Positions 1 to 13,082 of a DNA stretch of 41,429 nt are shown piece by piece. The stretch lies in assembly GCF_004010195.1 (NCBI RefSeq), contig NC_057718.1:33859961-33901389 (forward strand). Direction: 5' to 3'. The DNA comes from Chiloscyllium plagiosum. Its lineage: Eukaryota. Below the pieces are notes generated by a model, which saw nothing but the letters and a program-made list of their open reading frames with translations, was not told the origin of the DNA and did not search any database. The translations under genes were made by a program, and so were the position numbers. Position 1 is the first letter of the stretch, and each line of letters opens with the position of its first letter.

Positions 1-367
1 TCCCTCCCAGTTGGGGAACACTTCAGTGGTCCAGGACATTCAGCCTCGGACCTTCGGGTGACCATCCTCCAAGGTGGACTTCGGAACAGGCAGCAGAGGA
101 AAGTGGTTGAGCAGAGGCTGATAGCTAAGTTCGGTACCCATAGGGAGGGCCTCAACTGGGACCTTGGGTTCATGTCACATTACAGGTGATCACCATTGCA
201 CTACACACACACACACACAGTCTCACACAGATACACACAGACGCGCACACAGACACCCACACACACCCTTATACACACATGCACCCCCTCACAGACTTAA
301 GACACTCTGCACTCACTACACACACACACACTTTCTCACACTCACAATCCCCATCCCAGACAGACAG

Positions 368-607
368 ACACACACACAGACAGACAAAGACCCACATGCA
401 CACATATATATTGTTTGTGGTGAATTTTTTTGGTACTTTCAGAGTTACATTGCACTTTGCTCAAAAACCACTAGATTCATGTCGAACACACACACACAGA
501 CAGACAAAGACCCACATGCACACATATATATTGTTTGTGGTGAATTTTTTTGGTACTTTCAGAGTTACATTGCACTTTGCTCAAAAACCACTAGATTCAT
601 GTCGAAC
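368..607 (+). repeat. Perfect 120-bp tandem duplication inside the PLE 3' region
   Basis: 368-487 is identical to 488-607; the junction falls in an (AC)n tract. Confidence 0.95.
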
Positions 608-941
608 TCTGAGCTCAAAAACTGCATGAATTTATGTAAAACTCTGTTATTTCACTTTTTAGATTGGAATCAATCTAAACATCAGGTCATAGACAGAGAA
701 CACAGGGGGCTAACACCTTCAACACATTGTCTATCTATCACCATTGTTGACAGCTAATCCGAGAATGCAACTTTTAAAAAAAAAGGGTTTTGTGATTGCC
801 ACATGAAAGAAGTGAAACTATCACTGTATTCCAACAGATGAAAGGCTTAACAGACAATCAATCCTTCAATGTATAATTTCAGTTACATGACACTGCAAAT
901 TTTTGCTATAAATTCTGTGTTACGATCGAGCCCTCCACAAT

Positions 942-976
942 CACCTGATGAAGGAGCGTGGCTCTGAAAGCTAGTG
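942..976 (+). ncRNA. Minimal type-I hammerhead ribozyme motif (PLE family A)
   Basis: CAC-CTGATGA(945-951)-a-GGAGC-gtg-GCTCT-GAAA-GC-TA-GTG: both core boxes, stem II, palindromic AGCT in place of stem III, and CAC/GTG stem I. Confidence 0.75.
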
Positions 977-1035
977 TGCTTCCAATTAAACCTGTTGGAC
1001 TATAACCTGGTGTTGTGTGATTGTTAACTTTGTAC

Positions 1036-1436
1036 TTAAAACAACAATTAACTTATCTGACTCTGTGCTGTGAACTTCGCCTAAACAGGCTCCTCAAAGA
1101 ATAGTTGTGAATTTTACTGTTTGTTAATTTTCCCAGACACACTCCAATGTCCAGTGATACATGAATTCAAAACAGCAAAGGCAGTAACCGTGCAGGTCCT
1201 CTCTCTCCTGCATTGTCCTCACCATATGCTTCCTTTGTCTGCTCCTTCTCCCTTTTAAAACTGCTGTTGTTTTGACTTTTTTTTTCCAAAATTCCAAAAC
1301 AGTGCAACAGCATATGAAACACTAATTGCTGCTCCTGGAATTCGAGGAAATCACCTCCAGCACCTAAAATACCTCAAAAAAGAGCAGCTGTTACAGCCAG
1401 AAAATTTTCCCGTCCTCCATCTTTGATTACCCAGAT
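1036..1436 (-). mobile_element. Probable 5' UTR fragment of a LINE
   Basis: The minus strand begins tctgggtaatcaaagatggaggacgg, a YY1-like AAGATGG motif often seen at LINE 5' ends. No ORF support. Confidence 0.3.
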
Positions 1437-1832
1437 TACATCTGACACAACAATTTATATTGCACGGGCAACACAGTTGAACCTGGATATGAATTTAGAA
1501 ACTACTAATGAGTGATAAAGACATGAGATTCATAGTGGGATGAAATGGAGTATGCCTGCTCAGAAAATTTTTCAAATTGGCAAATAAGTGCCTTCCAACT
1601 CAGCAAGCAAACTCACATCCAGAATCTCAACCTGAGCAACAAATCTTTTCAAAACTCACTAAGTGCTGGTGTTACTGGAACAGCTTAATTGCAATTGCAG
1701 CTAGCTCTGCCTTTGCTGTATTTGGACCATTCAGCCATTTCTTGCTGTCATGTGGAATTAATCATTTTGGGTAATTGTGGCAACTATTGAAGGAATCTGA
1801 GAAGCATCATGCACTTTGCAGAAACTTTGCAG

Positions 1833-1965
1833 TTCTGAGGAGAGGTGTCTCAACCTAAAACGTTAATTCTGATTTCTCTCCACAGATGCTGCGAGACCTG
1901 CTGAGCTTTTCCAGCAATTTGTGTTTTTGTTTCTGATTTCCAGCATCTGCAGTTTTTTCAGTTTT
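1833..1965 (+). mobile_element. Old PLE terminal fragment (family C) with degenerate hammerhead
   Basis: CTGAGGA(1835-1841)-g-aggt-gtctca-acct-aAAA-cgtt, then gatgctgcgagacctgctgagcttttccagca, matching 30311-30413 and 27305-27372 on the opposite strand. Confidence 0.65.
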
Positions 1966-2119
1966 CATTTTTGTGTTCAATCTGACTTATGCACATTTAT
2001 TGTTACTCTCGTGGTTTCTAAGGATGTTGACTGACTGACTGCTATATTATGAGTTGTGTTGGCTTTCCTCTCCATCAACTAATGAAAGGAACCTTCACCG
2101 TCAGCTGATTTTTTTTTTA

Positions 2120-2325
2120 GTTATTCATTCACAGGATGAGGGTGTCGCTGCTAGGCCAGCATTTATGCCCATTCTTAATTGTTAAGAGTCAATCACATTG
2201 CTCTAGTCACATGTAGTCCAGCCCAGGTAAGAATGGCAGTTTCCTTCCATTGCACAGAGTTCCCTCGAACATTACCTATTTCTAAATTAACAGTCCAGCT
2301 ATAATACCACTAGGCTGTTGCTTCT
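2120..2325 (-). mobile_element. tRNA-derived SINE, internally deleted
   Basis: The minus strand has an A-box-like gcctagtggtattatagctggactgttaat head and ends in an A-rich tail; a related degenerate 3' part is on + at ~30720-30900. Confidence 0.55.
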
Positions 2326-4499
2326 GCATTAGAACAAACCAATAAAAGCTTTCCAAGTGCTGAAATGTAATTAGATGTTGTATCTCTCCCACATTTATGC
2401 TTTTAAATGAAGTTGGATAAACATCCGGTTTTGAATGGGTCCGAATGTGATGCAGATCGACACAGATACAGTCATATACTGTCTGGAACATAAAGGCTGG
2501 TCCATGAGAATGTGCATCATGAACGCAGTGAAAATGTTTAAGTGATGTTAAATTAGTGCAAAATTTTACTTGATCACTTGTGAACAAATTGTGCAGCAAT
2601 TTTAATAATATTTTCCAGTTGATTATTGATTTTCTCTGAAAAGTTATAATAATTCAGAGACTTTTTCTGATCGTAATGAGCCTGTTATGCTGAAGGGAGA
2701 AAATAAAATGTATAAAATTAAATCCATAAAATTAAATGGATAAAAATACAGAACCAACTTTCTGTCTTATTTGCTGAGTTCAGATAAGCAATTTGAGCAT
2801 TGTAAAACTGAAGTGTAGTTATTGTAAAACTGAAGTATGGTTAAAATGCAAACTGTTTTGCTTCTAAATTCAAGTTTATTTTAATGCATAGCAAATAATA
2901 ACATTTTTAGTTTTGTGAAGCAGAACTTGACAACCCCCAAACTGATGCTTATAATTGGGATCCTACTTAATTGTAAAGTCAGTAATATTTTGAAACCAAC
3001 TGCAAAGGTTGCAAATATGCAACTCGACAAATTCTTACACGGCATCATATTTTTTTAAAAATGTCATCCTGACCTTTTAAGCTTCCTGTTCTGGATCAAA
3101 GCTTATTCTCAATCAGAATGCAAGTAAAAATGTGTTTAGTGCAGTAGAGTGTGCCAGAAAGTTCAAATGTGACCCTGGTGCTATTTTACTAACTGCGATT
3201 CAACTTCAGTTCAATGCAACTGCAAGTAATTTGTTGGAAAACTATATGAACCATCTGTCTCCTATCACTTGTAACCTTTGGCATTTTTGTATATTATTTT
3301 TGGATCGTGAATTCATGTTATCAAACTTCATTATACAATGAAATATAATTCATACAATTGTTCTATCCTGGCCTATCTTATGAAAGATTAAACCCAGTGC
3401 CATTCATTTTCTAAGAGAATTTGGGAATTATTTCATTAGATGTGCCAAGCTATACTTTCTCTGTTTAAATCTGTTGCATATAGTTGAATAAGAAAAAAAT
3501 TTTGCACAATGCAAGATAATACTGCAGTAAGAAATTGAGAAAAATGTTCTTCCACCTGATCAAATGTGCATGTGGAGAGAGAATATATTAAATATTTTTA
3601 ACCCAGACAAACAAAACTCAGTCCAAAATGTAACCTTTATTAAATAAATTCAGCAACCCACCACCAATTCTGTAACTATAATATTTAGGCTCAATTAGTA
3701 AATGTACAACTTTAGGCTTGGTGTTTTCTACCCAGGCAGCAGCACCATTCCAGAAAGAGTTTCTACATTTGTCCTCATTATGAATGCTTGACTAAGATGC
3801 CAGAGTTGTAAAAGAATTATCTTAGCAAGTGGTTCTGTTTTGACAGTTAGCGAGAATTGTTAACTTTGACTTTGCTTGATTGATAACTTGAATTGGTTAT
3901 GTAATAAATTGTTCTTTATGTGGTTTCTTTTATCAATGATGCAGTGCTCATTTGCAAAGGATTAAAAGATGTGAAGTGTTTGAATCTTCTAGTTTTGATA
4001 TTTTAATGGTCTTTCAGATGCTTTTATAGAGTTAGAAGAACTTGTTTTGGAAACAAGATTTGTGAATGTATTTTTATTTTTATGAACAATTCCAATATCC
4101 GTGTGTTACTATATGGCTCACTGGTTCTGTGTGAAGTGTTTTGATTGGTGAAAGAATGGAAGAGCCATGAGTTGGAATGTAGGATGAGTAAGTTTGAAGG
4201 TTAATGATGGCATTAGTTTTCATGAAGTTTGAATGGAAGGGGCCTGGGTAAGACCTTTTGAATTTACCATTCAAAGATTCCTAAATCCATGCTACATCTC
4301 ACAATTTTCTGAATGTTATCAATAGGAAGACAAAAGTTTGGTTATAAAAATAGAAATACCAGTTGTGAAGAAGTCCTTTTAGCTCATTCTTTTTATGAAC
4401 CTTAACTTTCCTGTGTAATTTCCTGAGACAGTACTCTGCATGAATATTCTTTCATTTTTAAAGTAATTAAACACATTTCTGGAATATTTATCCATCTGA

Positions 4500-6185
4500 G
4501 AAGGATGGAGAATGCTGAGATGGCAGAGATGCTGACTCAATATTTGGCCTCAGTTATCATTGATTGAGGATAATATTACCATTCCTATTAGAACGGACAA
4601 GCTAGAGGCAATAGATAAGGTAGAACTTAGAACAGTCAACATTGGCATGGAAAAGGTACTAAGCAAACTATTAGAATTGAGGATGGACACGTTTTCTGGG
4701 CCTGATGAACCTATATCCTGGGGTTTAAAGGAAGTGGCAGCAGAGATAGTGGATCTATTGGTTACAATGTTCCAAAATTTCCTGGACACGGAAAGGTTCC
4801 AATGGATTGGAAAGTGGTTAATATAAAGCCCTTATTCAAAAAGGGAGGGAGATAAAATGTGGGAAATTACAAGCCAATTAGATTAACATCTATTGTTGGG
4901 AAAGTGTTAGAACCAATTATCAAGGAAGCAATATCAGGACATTTGGAAAGCTAAAATGCTATCCATCAGAGTCAGCAGGTTTTATGAAGGGCAAATCATG
5001 TTTGACTAATTTGCTAGAGTTCTTTGAAGAAATAAAAAGCAAAGTGAATAATGGGGATTCTGTAGATGTAATTTATCTGGACTTCCGGAAGGCGTTTGAA
5101 AAACAGTTAATTCACAAGGTTGGATCATATTGGATGAGGGGTAATTTATTAGCTTGGATAGATGACTGGCTGAGGGACAGAAAGCAGAGTTGGGATTTAT
5201 TTTTTCTGGATGACAAGATATATCTAGTGGGGTGCCACAGGGTTCGGTCCTTAGATCCTAGCTATTTACAGTCTACATTAATGACTTAGATACAAGAATA
5301 GAATGATCTATAGCCAAATTTGCAGACAACACAAAAATAGGCAGGTGGTAAATTGCCGTTAGGAAATAAGAACCTTAAATGGATTTAGGTAGGTTAGAAG
5401 GGTGGGCCAAAATGTGGCAGATGGAGTTAACATGGATAAGTACAAGGTCATGCATTTGGATCGAAAAAATGGAAAGGTGACCTATTATCTTAATGGGGAG
5501 AGACTTTGGGATGCTCTGGTGCAGAGGGATCTAGGTGTACTAATTCATGAGTCACAGAAAACTGGCATGCAGGTACAGCAGATAATAAAGTGAATGGAAT
5601 ATAGGCTTTTATAGAATATAAAGTTAAGGATGTATTGTTGCAACTGTACAAGGTATTGGTGAGACCAATAGTTTTGGTCCCCTTATTTGAGGAAAGATGT
5701 AGTGATATTGGAGGCAGTTCAGAGGAGGTTCACTAGATTGATCCTGGAGATGAGGGGTTTGTAATTTGAAGAGAAATTAAATACATTAGGCCCATACTCT
5801 CTGAAATTTAGAAGAATGAGGTAGATCAAATTAAGGTATTCAAGATGACCAACGGTGTGGATAAAATGGACATGGAGCTCCATTTGTGTGGCATTCTAGG
5901 AAGAAAGGTCATTAACTTAGGATAGGGGATAGTAAAGTTAAAACAGAGTTGAGGAGAAAAAGGGTTGTGAATCTGTGGAATTCACTGTCCCAAAGTACGG
6001 TGGATGCTGAGACAATGAGTAAATTTAAGGAGGAGTTAGACAGATTTTTAATTTGTAATAAATTGAAGGGATATGGAGAGAAGACAGGAAAATGGGAATG
6101 AGGAGTATATCAGCCATGATCGAATGATGGAGCAGATTCGATGGACTGAATGGCCTAATTCTGCTCCTATACCTTATGAACTTAT
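4500..6185 (+). mobile_element. CR1 LINE, degenerate ORF2 reverse transcriptase plus 3' end
   Basis: Broken peptides KGKSCLTNLLEFFEE...VDVIYLDFRKAF, KFADNTK, QRDLGVLIHES; 3' end tggcctaattctgctcctat...ttatgaacttat. Confidence 0.9.
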
Positions 6186-6919
6186 CTAGAGATAATGCCC
6201 AAAGATTTTCTCCAGATCTCTGACCCAGACAATTCAGCTATCTAAGAACCACAGAAGATTCCAAATAGAAAGAGGTAATTTTTCCCACCATGTTTGTGCT
6301 GGCTCTTTAATGTAGCAGTAGGAAATTAATAGTCCTGCCCAATCTCCCAGTGTCCTTGTGTTTTCCTCTGCTTCAAATGTTTGTCCACTTTTCTCTCTGA
6401 AGATGTATTGGTCTCACCGATAACATTCCCTGCAGCAAAGCAATCAGTGTTCCAACAACCATCTGTAAAAGCAATGTCTCCAAACTGGCATCCTTATCTA
6501 CTGGTAATTTTAAAGAAATCGAACATATCACTAATCTGACTTCTTCCTGTTCATTCAATCAGAATATTCATAATTTTAAAAATCATCTTTTCTTTTCCTT
6601 ATCCATCTCTTCTTTACAGAAACAGTCCCAGTATCTCAAATTTCTCTATATATGTGATAACATCAAGGTCTATATATTTTGTAAATTGTAATGTAATTTC
6701 TTATTGTACAAAGTTACACACAGTTTTAACCTCACCCCTAAATATCTTCAATAATTTGCGGAAATTATTGTCCTTTAGGCAATGATGATTTGAGTCTCTA
6801 AGTAAGTCTTCATCTATATGCTTTGGGACCTTACCATTAAATGTATACTCCCACTTGCGCTGGAACTATTCTGCAGTTCCTTCGCCTTTGTTCTAAAGTA
6901 ATGATGCTCTTGTGACCTA

Positions 6920-7240
6920 TGATTGGGATATTTGACGATGGAGTTGAAGGTGGTAAAACCAAAGATCAATAGTCCTGAGAGACTATTGAATTGATATCCT
7001 AAGACTGTAATGATTGACCTTTGACAACCACAACTCCAGCTGCTTTTGCGTGCATCAGTTATAACTGCAGATTCTGGGCGATGTTCCCATTAACTTGAAT
7101 TTTGTTTCGCACTTTGGTGTCATGATCAGTCAAATGCTGCCTTAATGTGAAATGCTATTGGTTTTCTTTGGTCTCTTGCATTTAGCTCTTGTGCTCATTT
7201 TCCAGATCAAGGCACTTAAGTGGTCTGGAGCCCAGAATTT
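6920..7240 (-). mobile_element. Very old CR1/L2-type RT remnant
   Basis: The minus strand encodes ...IAFHIKAAFD..., resembling the LDIKAAFD RT motif. Confidence 0.4.
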
Positions 7241-8159
7241 CTGATGTACTAGAAACTCTGTTAATGAAAGTGTGTTTGTTATTTGACCCAAATTGTATTT
7301 TGTTTCCCTGCTCTTGATTCTGCTGTTAAGAAGAATGGAAGCACAGAAGAATTGACGGGTACTACTACTGACAGTGCAGATGACAATGCAGAGTCAGGGA
7401 ATCAAAGAGAGCTTGAGATCAATGTATCTTCTGAAGAATTTTTTGAAGAGGAAACCTCGCCGACAACTGCAACTATTACAGCAGTTTGGGAAAGGATTAA
7501 TGATAGATTAAATTTAATGAGTCATTGAAACCCTTCCCCTTTCATTTGCCCAGTCCAAATGTCTTAGTCTGTCACTAAGAGGATGGGTTGGTTCATCAGC
7601 TAGACTATAGCCTTTGTGGGGAGGTGGAGTACAGTTGGCACCCAGCAATGCAATATGTAATGGCAATGGAAATGTAATGTTTTGAGTTCTGTCTTTTTAA
7701 GAGGACCCGAATAAAGTGAGGTTAAGATGCAAATCTAGTGATGTTTCAATTTGACAGGGTACTTCTGCCTATTGTGTAGGAAAACTCTTCGATCTCAGGC
7801 TATTTGTGAATTAAGGGATGAGACACAGTAGGTATAGGACTGGATTTAATTCACAGCTGTCAGGTTTGAAGGCCAATGGGGGTTGGGAGGGTAGGAGGAG
7901 ACACTCCTTAAATCCAGGGGGCAGCCTACCTGCAACCTTCTTGCCTGCTCCTGCCTCTTCAACATTACATCAACAGCGTGGATAGTGTTAAGCAGGCCCT
8001 TAAATTGGAAATTACATCTTATTTAAGAGCCTCATCTTACCACAATCAGCATTTAACCACAGCTGGCAAAACTCATGATAAGCATTCAGCCCAGCAGGTT
8101 TCTCTGCATTTCCCCTCTTTATCAGACCATTTAAGTCTGTCAGATGGTGTTATGAAATT

Positions 8160-10455
8160 TTAGAGCCATAGATTTTTACAGCATGTAGAAAGGCCCATCA
8201 AGTCTGCAGTGGTCATCAAGCACCTGTCTACTCTAGTTCAACTTTCTAGCCATGAGCCCATAGCCTTGCAATACTAAGGCATTTCAAGTGGTAATTTCAA
8301 TCCTTTTTAAATGGTGTGGTGGTCCCTGCCTCTACCACCGTTTCACACAGTGAATACTGACACCCTGTCGATAAAACGATTCTTCCTTAGGTCTGTTGTC
8401 TGGGCAGCAGGTTTGTGAGTAGAGTGATGCCAATGCTGTGAATTGAATTCCAGCACTAGCTGAGGCTACCATGAAGGTTTCTGTTTCTCAACCTCCCTTG
8501 CTGATCCTAAGATTAAACCACCACCAGTTGTCTGTCTCTTTAATGAGAGAGCAATCCTGTGGTCCCCTGGGACTGACAACTTTAACTTTACCTTAAAAAA
8601 TTCCTTCTAAACCTCCTGCATCCTGGTTATTAACCCCTCAACCAAGGGGAATGGATTCTTCCTATCTATGGTCATCGTAAGTTTGTACACCTCAATCAAA
8701 TCCATCCTTGAGCTTTTGTGCTTTGAGGAAAATACACTAGCCTGTCTAGTCTCTCTATGTAGCTGAAACACTGCAGCCCAGGCAAAATCCTGATGTATCT
8801 CCTCTGTGTCCTCTCTCATGTAATCACATCCTTCCCATATTGTGATGATGAGAAAAACATATAATAGTCCAGATTTGATCTAATATCTTTTACAGCTCTA
8901 TCATAACATCCTTGCTCTTATCTTCAGTGCCTTGACTAATAAAGGCAAGTATCCCATATACCTTTGTAACTATCTTATCCACCTGTCCTGTCATGACCTG
9001 TGGACATGCACAGCAATGTATGTCTTTACTTACGAGAGTCCTACCATTTATCATATATTGTCATGATTTTTAGTCCTCCCGGAATGCATCACCTTACACT
9101 TATGTGGATTAATTTTCATTTGCCATTATTCTGCTCATCTGATCATCCTGTCTATATCATCCTATACTTCAAGGCTTTCATCCTCACTATTTACCACATG
9201 GTCAATTTTAGTTTCATCTGTGAACTTACTGACTAAACCTCCTAGATTTGTGATTAAATCATTCATGTACACTCCAGACGCAAAGGGAACCTGCACCACA
9301 TCATGCAGTACTCCACTGGCCACAGACTTCTAGACACAAAAATAGCCTTCAACCATCACCCTTTGTCTCCTGAACTGAGCCAATTATAGATCCAATTTTC
9401 CAAATTGTCCTAGAACCCATGAACTCTTACCTTTTTGACCAGTCTCCCATGCAACACCTTGTAAAAAGCCTGACTGAAATCTAACTGCACCATCCTCATT
9501 GACATACTTGGTAACCACTCAGAAAACTCAGTCAAACCTGTAAGACATGATCTCCCCTTCATGAATCCCCATGCTTACTATCCTTCCCTTCCCAAATACG
9601 CATTAATTTTGGGTCCCTCACTTTTTTTCCTGTTAGTTTCCCTACCACTGATTTTAGACTCACTGATCTATAGTTATCCTGTTTATCCTTAACACTCTTC
9701 TTAAATTATATTACTTCATTAGCTGTCCTCCAGTGTTCTGGCACCTTTCCTGTGGCCAGAGAGATTTTCAAAATTAATGTCAAGGCCCCTGCGATCTCCT
9801 TCCTTGCCTCCTACTACAGTTTGGGATATATCCCATCTGAGCCTGGCAACTTATTCATTTTAAACTCTTTCAAATGGGTAACCCCTCCTCCCTAACCTGT
9901 AATTTGTTCACGAATATCACAGTCCCCCCACCTAATTTAATTCCTATATCAACTATCTCTAAGACGAAAATAGATGCAAAGTACTTATCAAAACCTTATG
10001 TATGGACTCCAACTCCACACACTTCTGTCCCTAAAGGGCCCTACTCTTACCCTGGTTACCCTCTTGCCCCAAATATATTGCTAAAATGCCTTCGAATTTT
10101 GCTCTATTTTAACTGTCAGTATTTTGTATGTTTCCTTGTCTTTTTCCTAATTTTTGTTTAAGTACACCATGCTTTTTTCTATACCCTTTGAGTACTTCTG
10201 GTATTTTGAACTCTCAGTATCTACCACAAGGTTCCCTTTTTCCATATCCAATCCAGTACATTTCTCCAAATCCAGGGTTCTCTGGATTTGGTAGTGTCTC
10301 TCTTCACTTTTACATGCAACATGTTAGCCTAACATTCTCATTGTTTCCTTTTTGAATGAGTCCAAATATTCTGATGAATGTTTTCCTGCAAGTAGCTGCT
10401 TCCAGTCCACTTTGGTCAGATCCAGACTTAACATATTAAAATTGTCCTCCCCCTG
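8160..10455 (-). mobile_element. CR1 LINE, degenerate, interrupted by a SINE at ~8395-8590
   Basis: 3' tail-like tagagccataga at 8161; minus-strand peptides MDLIEVYK and DLTKVDWKQLLAGK, plus RT remnants at 9100-9850. Confidence 0.8.
8395..8590 (+). mobile_element. Degenerate SINE-like insertion in CR1
   Basis: Interrupts CR1 colinearity; B-box-like gaattgaattcc; ends in an actttaacttta tail. Confidence 0.4.
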
Positions 10456-10650
10456 AGGGTAATGTTGGTGATGTGATATAAATGGATTTCCAGCAGGCAT
10501 TTGATACAGTGCGAAATAAGAGACTTGTGAAAAAGGTTCTAGCATATGATATAAAAGGGACATTAGCAACGTGGGTGTAGTACTGCAGAAAATGGAGTGT
10601 AATGTCAATGGATCTTTTTTGAGTCGGAGGAAGGTTGGGAGTAGAGTGAC
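10456..10650 (+). mobile_element. CR1 RT fragment
   Basis: Reads GNVGDVI*MDFQQAFDTVRNKRLVKKV (D-F-x-K-A-F-D motif). Confidence 0.7.
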
Positions 10651-10669
10651 ATTTAATAAAGTCGTACTT

Positions 10670-11092
10670 TGGAAATAGAACCAGTCTGACTCAAGTTTGG
10701 AATACAGACAGACTCTAACCTTACACTTCTAATGCATTGTCTGAGCTAAGATGTCACCATTTTTAAAAATAAGACCTGAAGTTATCTCAGTAATGTGACG
10801 TGAAAGAAGTTCTGGGACTTACATATCAACTTACAATCAAAACCTACAACCCATTCTAAGTGATTAAAGACTTAACAGCAATCTAGGTTTTTTCAAAACA
10901 TCACATCAATTTTATAACACTTTGATCTTTTGCTATAAATTCTGTGTCCTATGATCTTGCCTCACTAGCTACCTGATGAAGGAGCAGCACTCCGAAAGCT
11001 AGTGCTTCCACGTAAACCTGTTGGACTATAAACTGGTGTTGTGTGATTTTTCACTTTGTTCACTCAGTCCAACACCTGCTCCTCCTCCACAT
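10670..11092 (+). mobile_element. Solo PLE terminal fragment (family A)
   Basis: Shares ttttgctataaattctgtgt...cctgatgaaggagc...gaaagctagtg...aaacctgttggactataa with 899-1030. Confidence 0.8.
10971..11004 (+). ncRNA. Minimal hammerhead ribozyme motif (family A)
   Basis: AC-CTGATGA(10973-10979)-a-GGAG-cagca-CTCC-GAAA-GC-TA-GT. Confidence 0.7.
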
Positions 11093-11239
11093 CTTGTTTT
11101 GTGTTGCCTTTTTGCACTTTGTCCCCTCAGTTAGATATTACATGCTCATACTTCTGCTGGCTTACCTTGCTGTTTGACATAGAAACAGATCCAGAAAAGT
11201 TAATATATTTGTCAGCAGGTCTTTGCTGTAGTGTTCCTG

Positions 11240-11430
11240 GCACAGGAAGTGAAGGCCAGCCTCTGATACCAGTCCAGGCACCCTTGGACCGGCTGACATG
11301 GTATGGTGTTGTGGCCTCCACTGCTGGTTGTGGGGGTGGATGAAGTCCTGTGTTGGCACTACTCTATCCAACAGGGCCTCCAGTGCCCTGTCCACAAAAT
11401 GAAGATCCCCAGTTTCACGTCTGCCATGTC
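11240..11430 (-). mobile_element. Degenerate Myb/SANT-like ORF fragment, possibly from a PIF/Harbinger transposon
   Basis: Minus strand HFVDRALEALLDRVVPTQDFIHPHNQQWRPQHHTMSAGPRVPGLVS resembles the F(S/T)DxxLExLLxxV...W.EVA..VS pattern of Harbinger Myb-like proteins; frameshifted near the start. Confidence 0.4.
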
Positions 11431-13082
11431 TGGGGCAAATGTCAGCATCTGTGCAGGGTAGCTCCAGACTGACCGTGCCCGTTCACGTCTGCAACAGGCT
11501 GTTTAAAATAGTACAACCACAAGGGTTGCCAGTGAATTCTGAAACAGCCAATGAGTGGCATGTTTAGCCTAGGAATAGACTTGATAAGGTTGAGTGGAAA
11601 TCAAATGTGAGAGACTCCATAAAGGTGTGATGGACAATTACTGACACAGGTTTGGTAAGATATAGCAAGAGAAGTCTCTGGTCCTTACAGTGAGAAACCC
11701 TCCAACTCTCACTTCACAAAAGAAATGTAAATTTCAGTTGAGTTCATAGACCAGTCTCTCTCATGAGAATCTTGATAAAAAGGTACACTCAACTACTTTA
11801 TTGCAGTGTGCTGATACACAAGAAAATGCTTGGTATGTTATGTATATGGAAATGATTTTTAAAAAAATTATTGGTCTTTGAAGCTTTAAGTGATGTAACT
11901 GAAAAATAGCACTCATATAGTGAATCTATATGGAACTTGCAATATAATCCTGTGAAGTTGTTTTCACACTCATATTGCACAGTAGATTCCACTGATTTTT
12001 CTTTCCTAAATTATTTTTCTAGCATGCAAGTTCAATTCAGCAGATCTATTCAGTATTGTCACTTCTAATTGACTTTTACAATCCATTGTTGCTTTCTTTC
12101 ACATAGTGCTTATGCACATAAAAGGCTTATTTTGCAAATTGGCTAAAGCCACGAATGTTCTGTGTGATTGCAACTGTGGTATGTTATCCTTTCACCTAAT
12201 ATTCCACCCCCCCCCCCCCCAAAGAACAGTTAACTTAAGTTAAGGCACAAACATTACTATAAATAGCAGCACATATCTATCCATAAAGGATAGTAGTTAG
12301 AGATATTTTAACAGTACTAAATCCATGCGGACATTTACAAAAATATCGGAAATGTTCTAATTGTACTATACAATGTATGATAGAAGAGAGAATACACAGC
12401 CAAAAGTTTTCATGTGCACCACCACCTTTCATTCAGCAATACTTTTGCTTCAGTGTTTCCCAAAACTTTTCCCTCTGTGATCTCATTTTGAAGCTTGAAA
12501 GTTATTGTAATTCCACAGTGAGAACTGTTAGATAGGATGAAAATTTTACAGCTGTTATAACTTGGTTAGAGCTCCACAGAGGCCATTCCTACTTCCAAGC
12601 TCACACTGCCAAAGGTTCAGCTGATAAACCCACTTGGGGTCGCAGCTCCACTTTACTTCTAAAGCCAACATTGGCACATAACTGGAGAGTATCATATGCA
12701 ACAGGTGATGGAACTGGATTCTCAAAAGGAACCCACATAGTGGGGGAGCTTTCCTTTGATTGTTTGGTTCATGATCACATAACAATAAAATATCTTTTCT
12801 GGACTTAAAGAAAAAATTGCACACTAATCACCTTCTTAAGATTAGTGGCCTTTATAAGGAAAAGACACAAATGAATGTACCTTGAAGAGTTTGCACGATT
12901 TGTATGAAATGCAAGAAAATGTCATGAGTTTTGAACAGTCTTCCATAAGATAATTTGAGTGAATTTGCTCCAGATTCTCTCATTTTATTAATTATTTTGG
13001 CAGAAGCCCTGGTTACACCATGGAATAGAATAACTCTTGAGGAAAGTACTGTGATTTTTGTGAAATTAATCAGAGTTTATGG

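Larger units (their letters stand above)
1..1035 (+). mobile_element. Penelope-like element 3' end: C-terminus of GIY-YIG endonuclease (1-189), CA-rich 3' region and hammerhead-bearing terminus
   Basis: Frame 1 from base 1 reads SLPVGEHFSGPGHSASDLRVTILQGG...EQRLIAKFGTHREGLNWDLGFMSHYR*, typical of the PLE GIY-YIG C-terminus (HF..GHS, E..LI, GLN). The terminal ~200 bp is shared with 10850-11060. Confidence 0.85.

Noticed and set aside
164..757. 197-aa and 147-aa His/Thr-rich ORFs
   Set aside because: Artefacts of (CA)n tracts and the in-frame 120-bp duplication in a PLE 3' region.
2799..2836. 16-bp direct repeat attgtaaaactgaagt with period 22
   Set aside because: Only two copies with a 6-nt spacer; ordinary slippage, not an array.
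7283..7528. Acidic 81-aa ORF as a possible THADA exon
   Set aside because: No resemblance to the expected upstream THADA sequence and no convincing splice-site pair.
12207..12220. C14 homopolymer (possible G-quadruplex on the minus strand)
   Set aside because: Isolated mononucleotide run with no supporting context.
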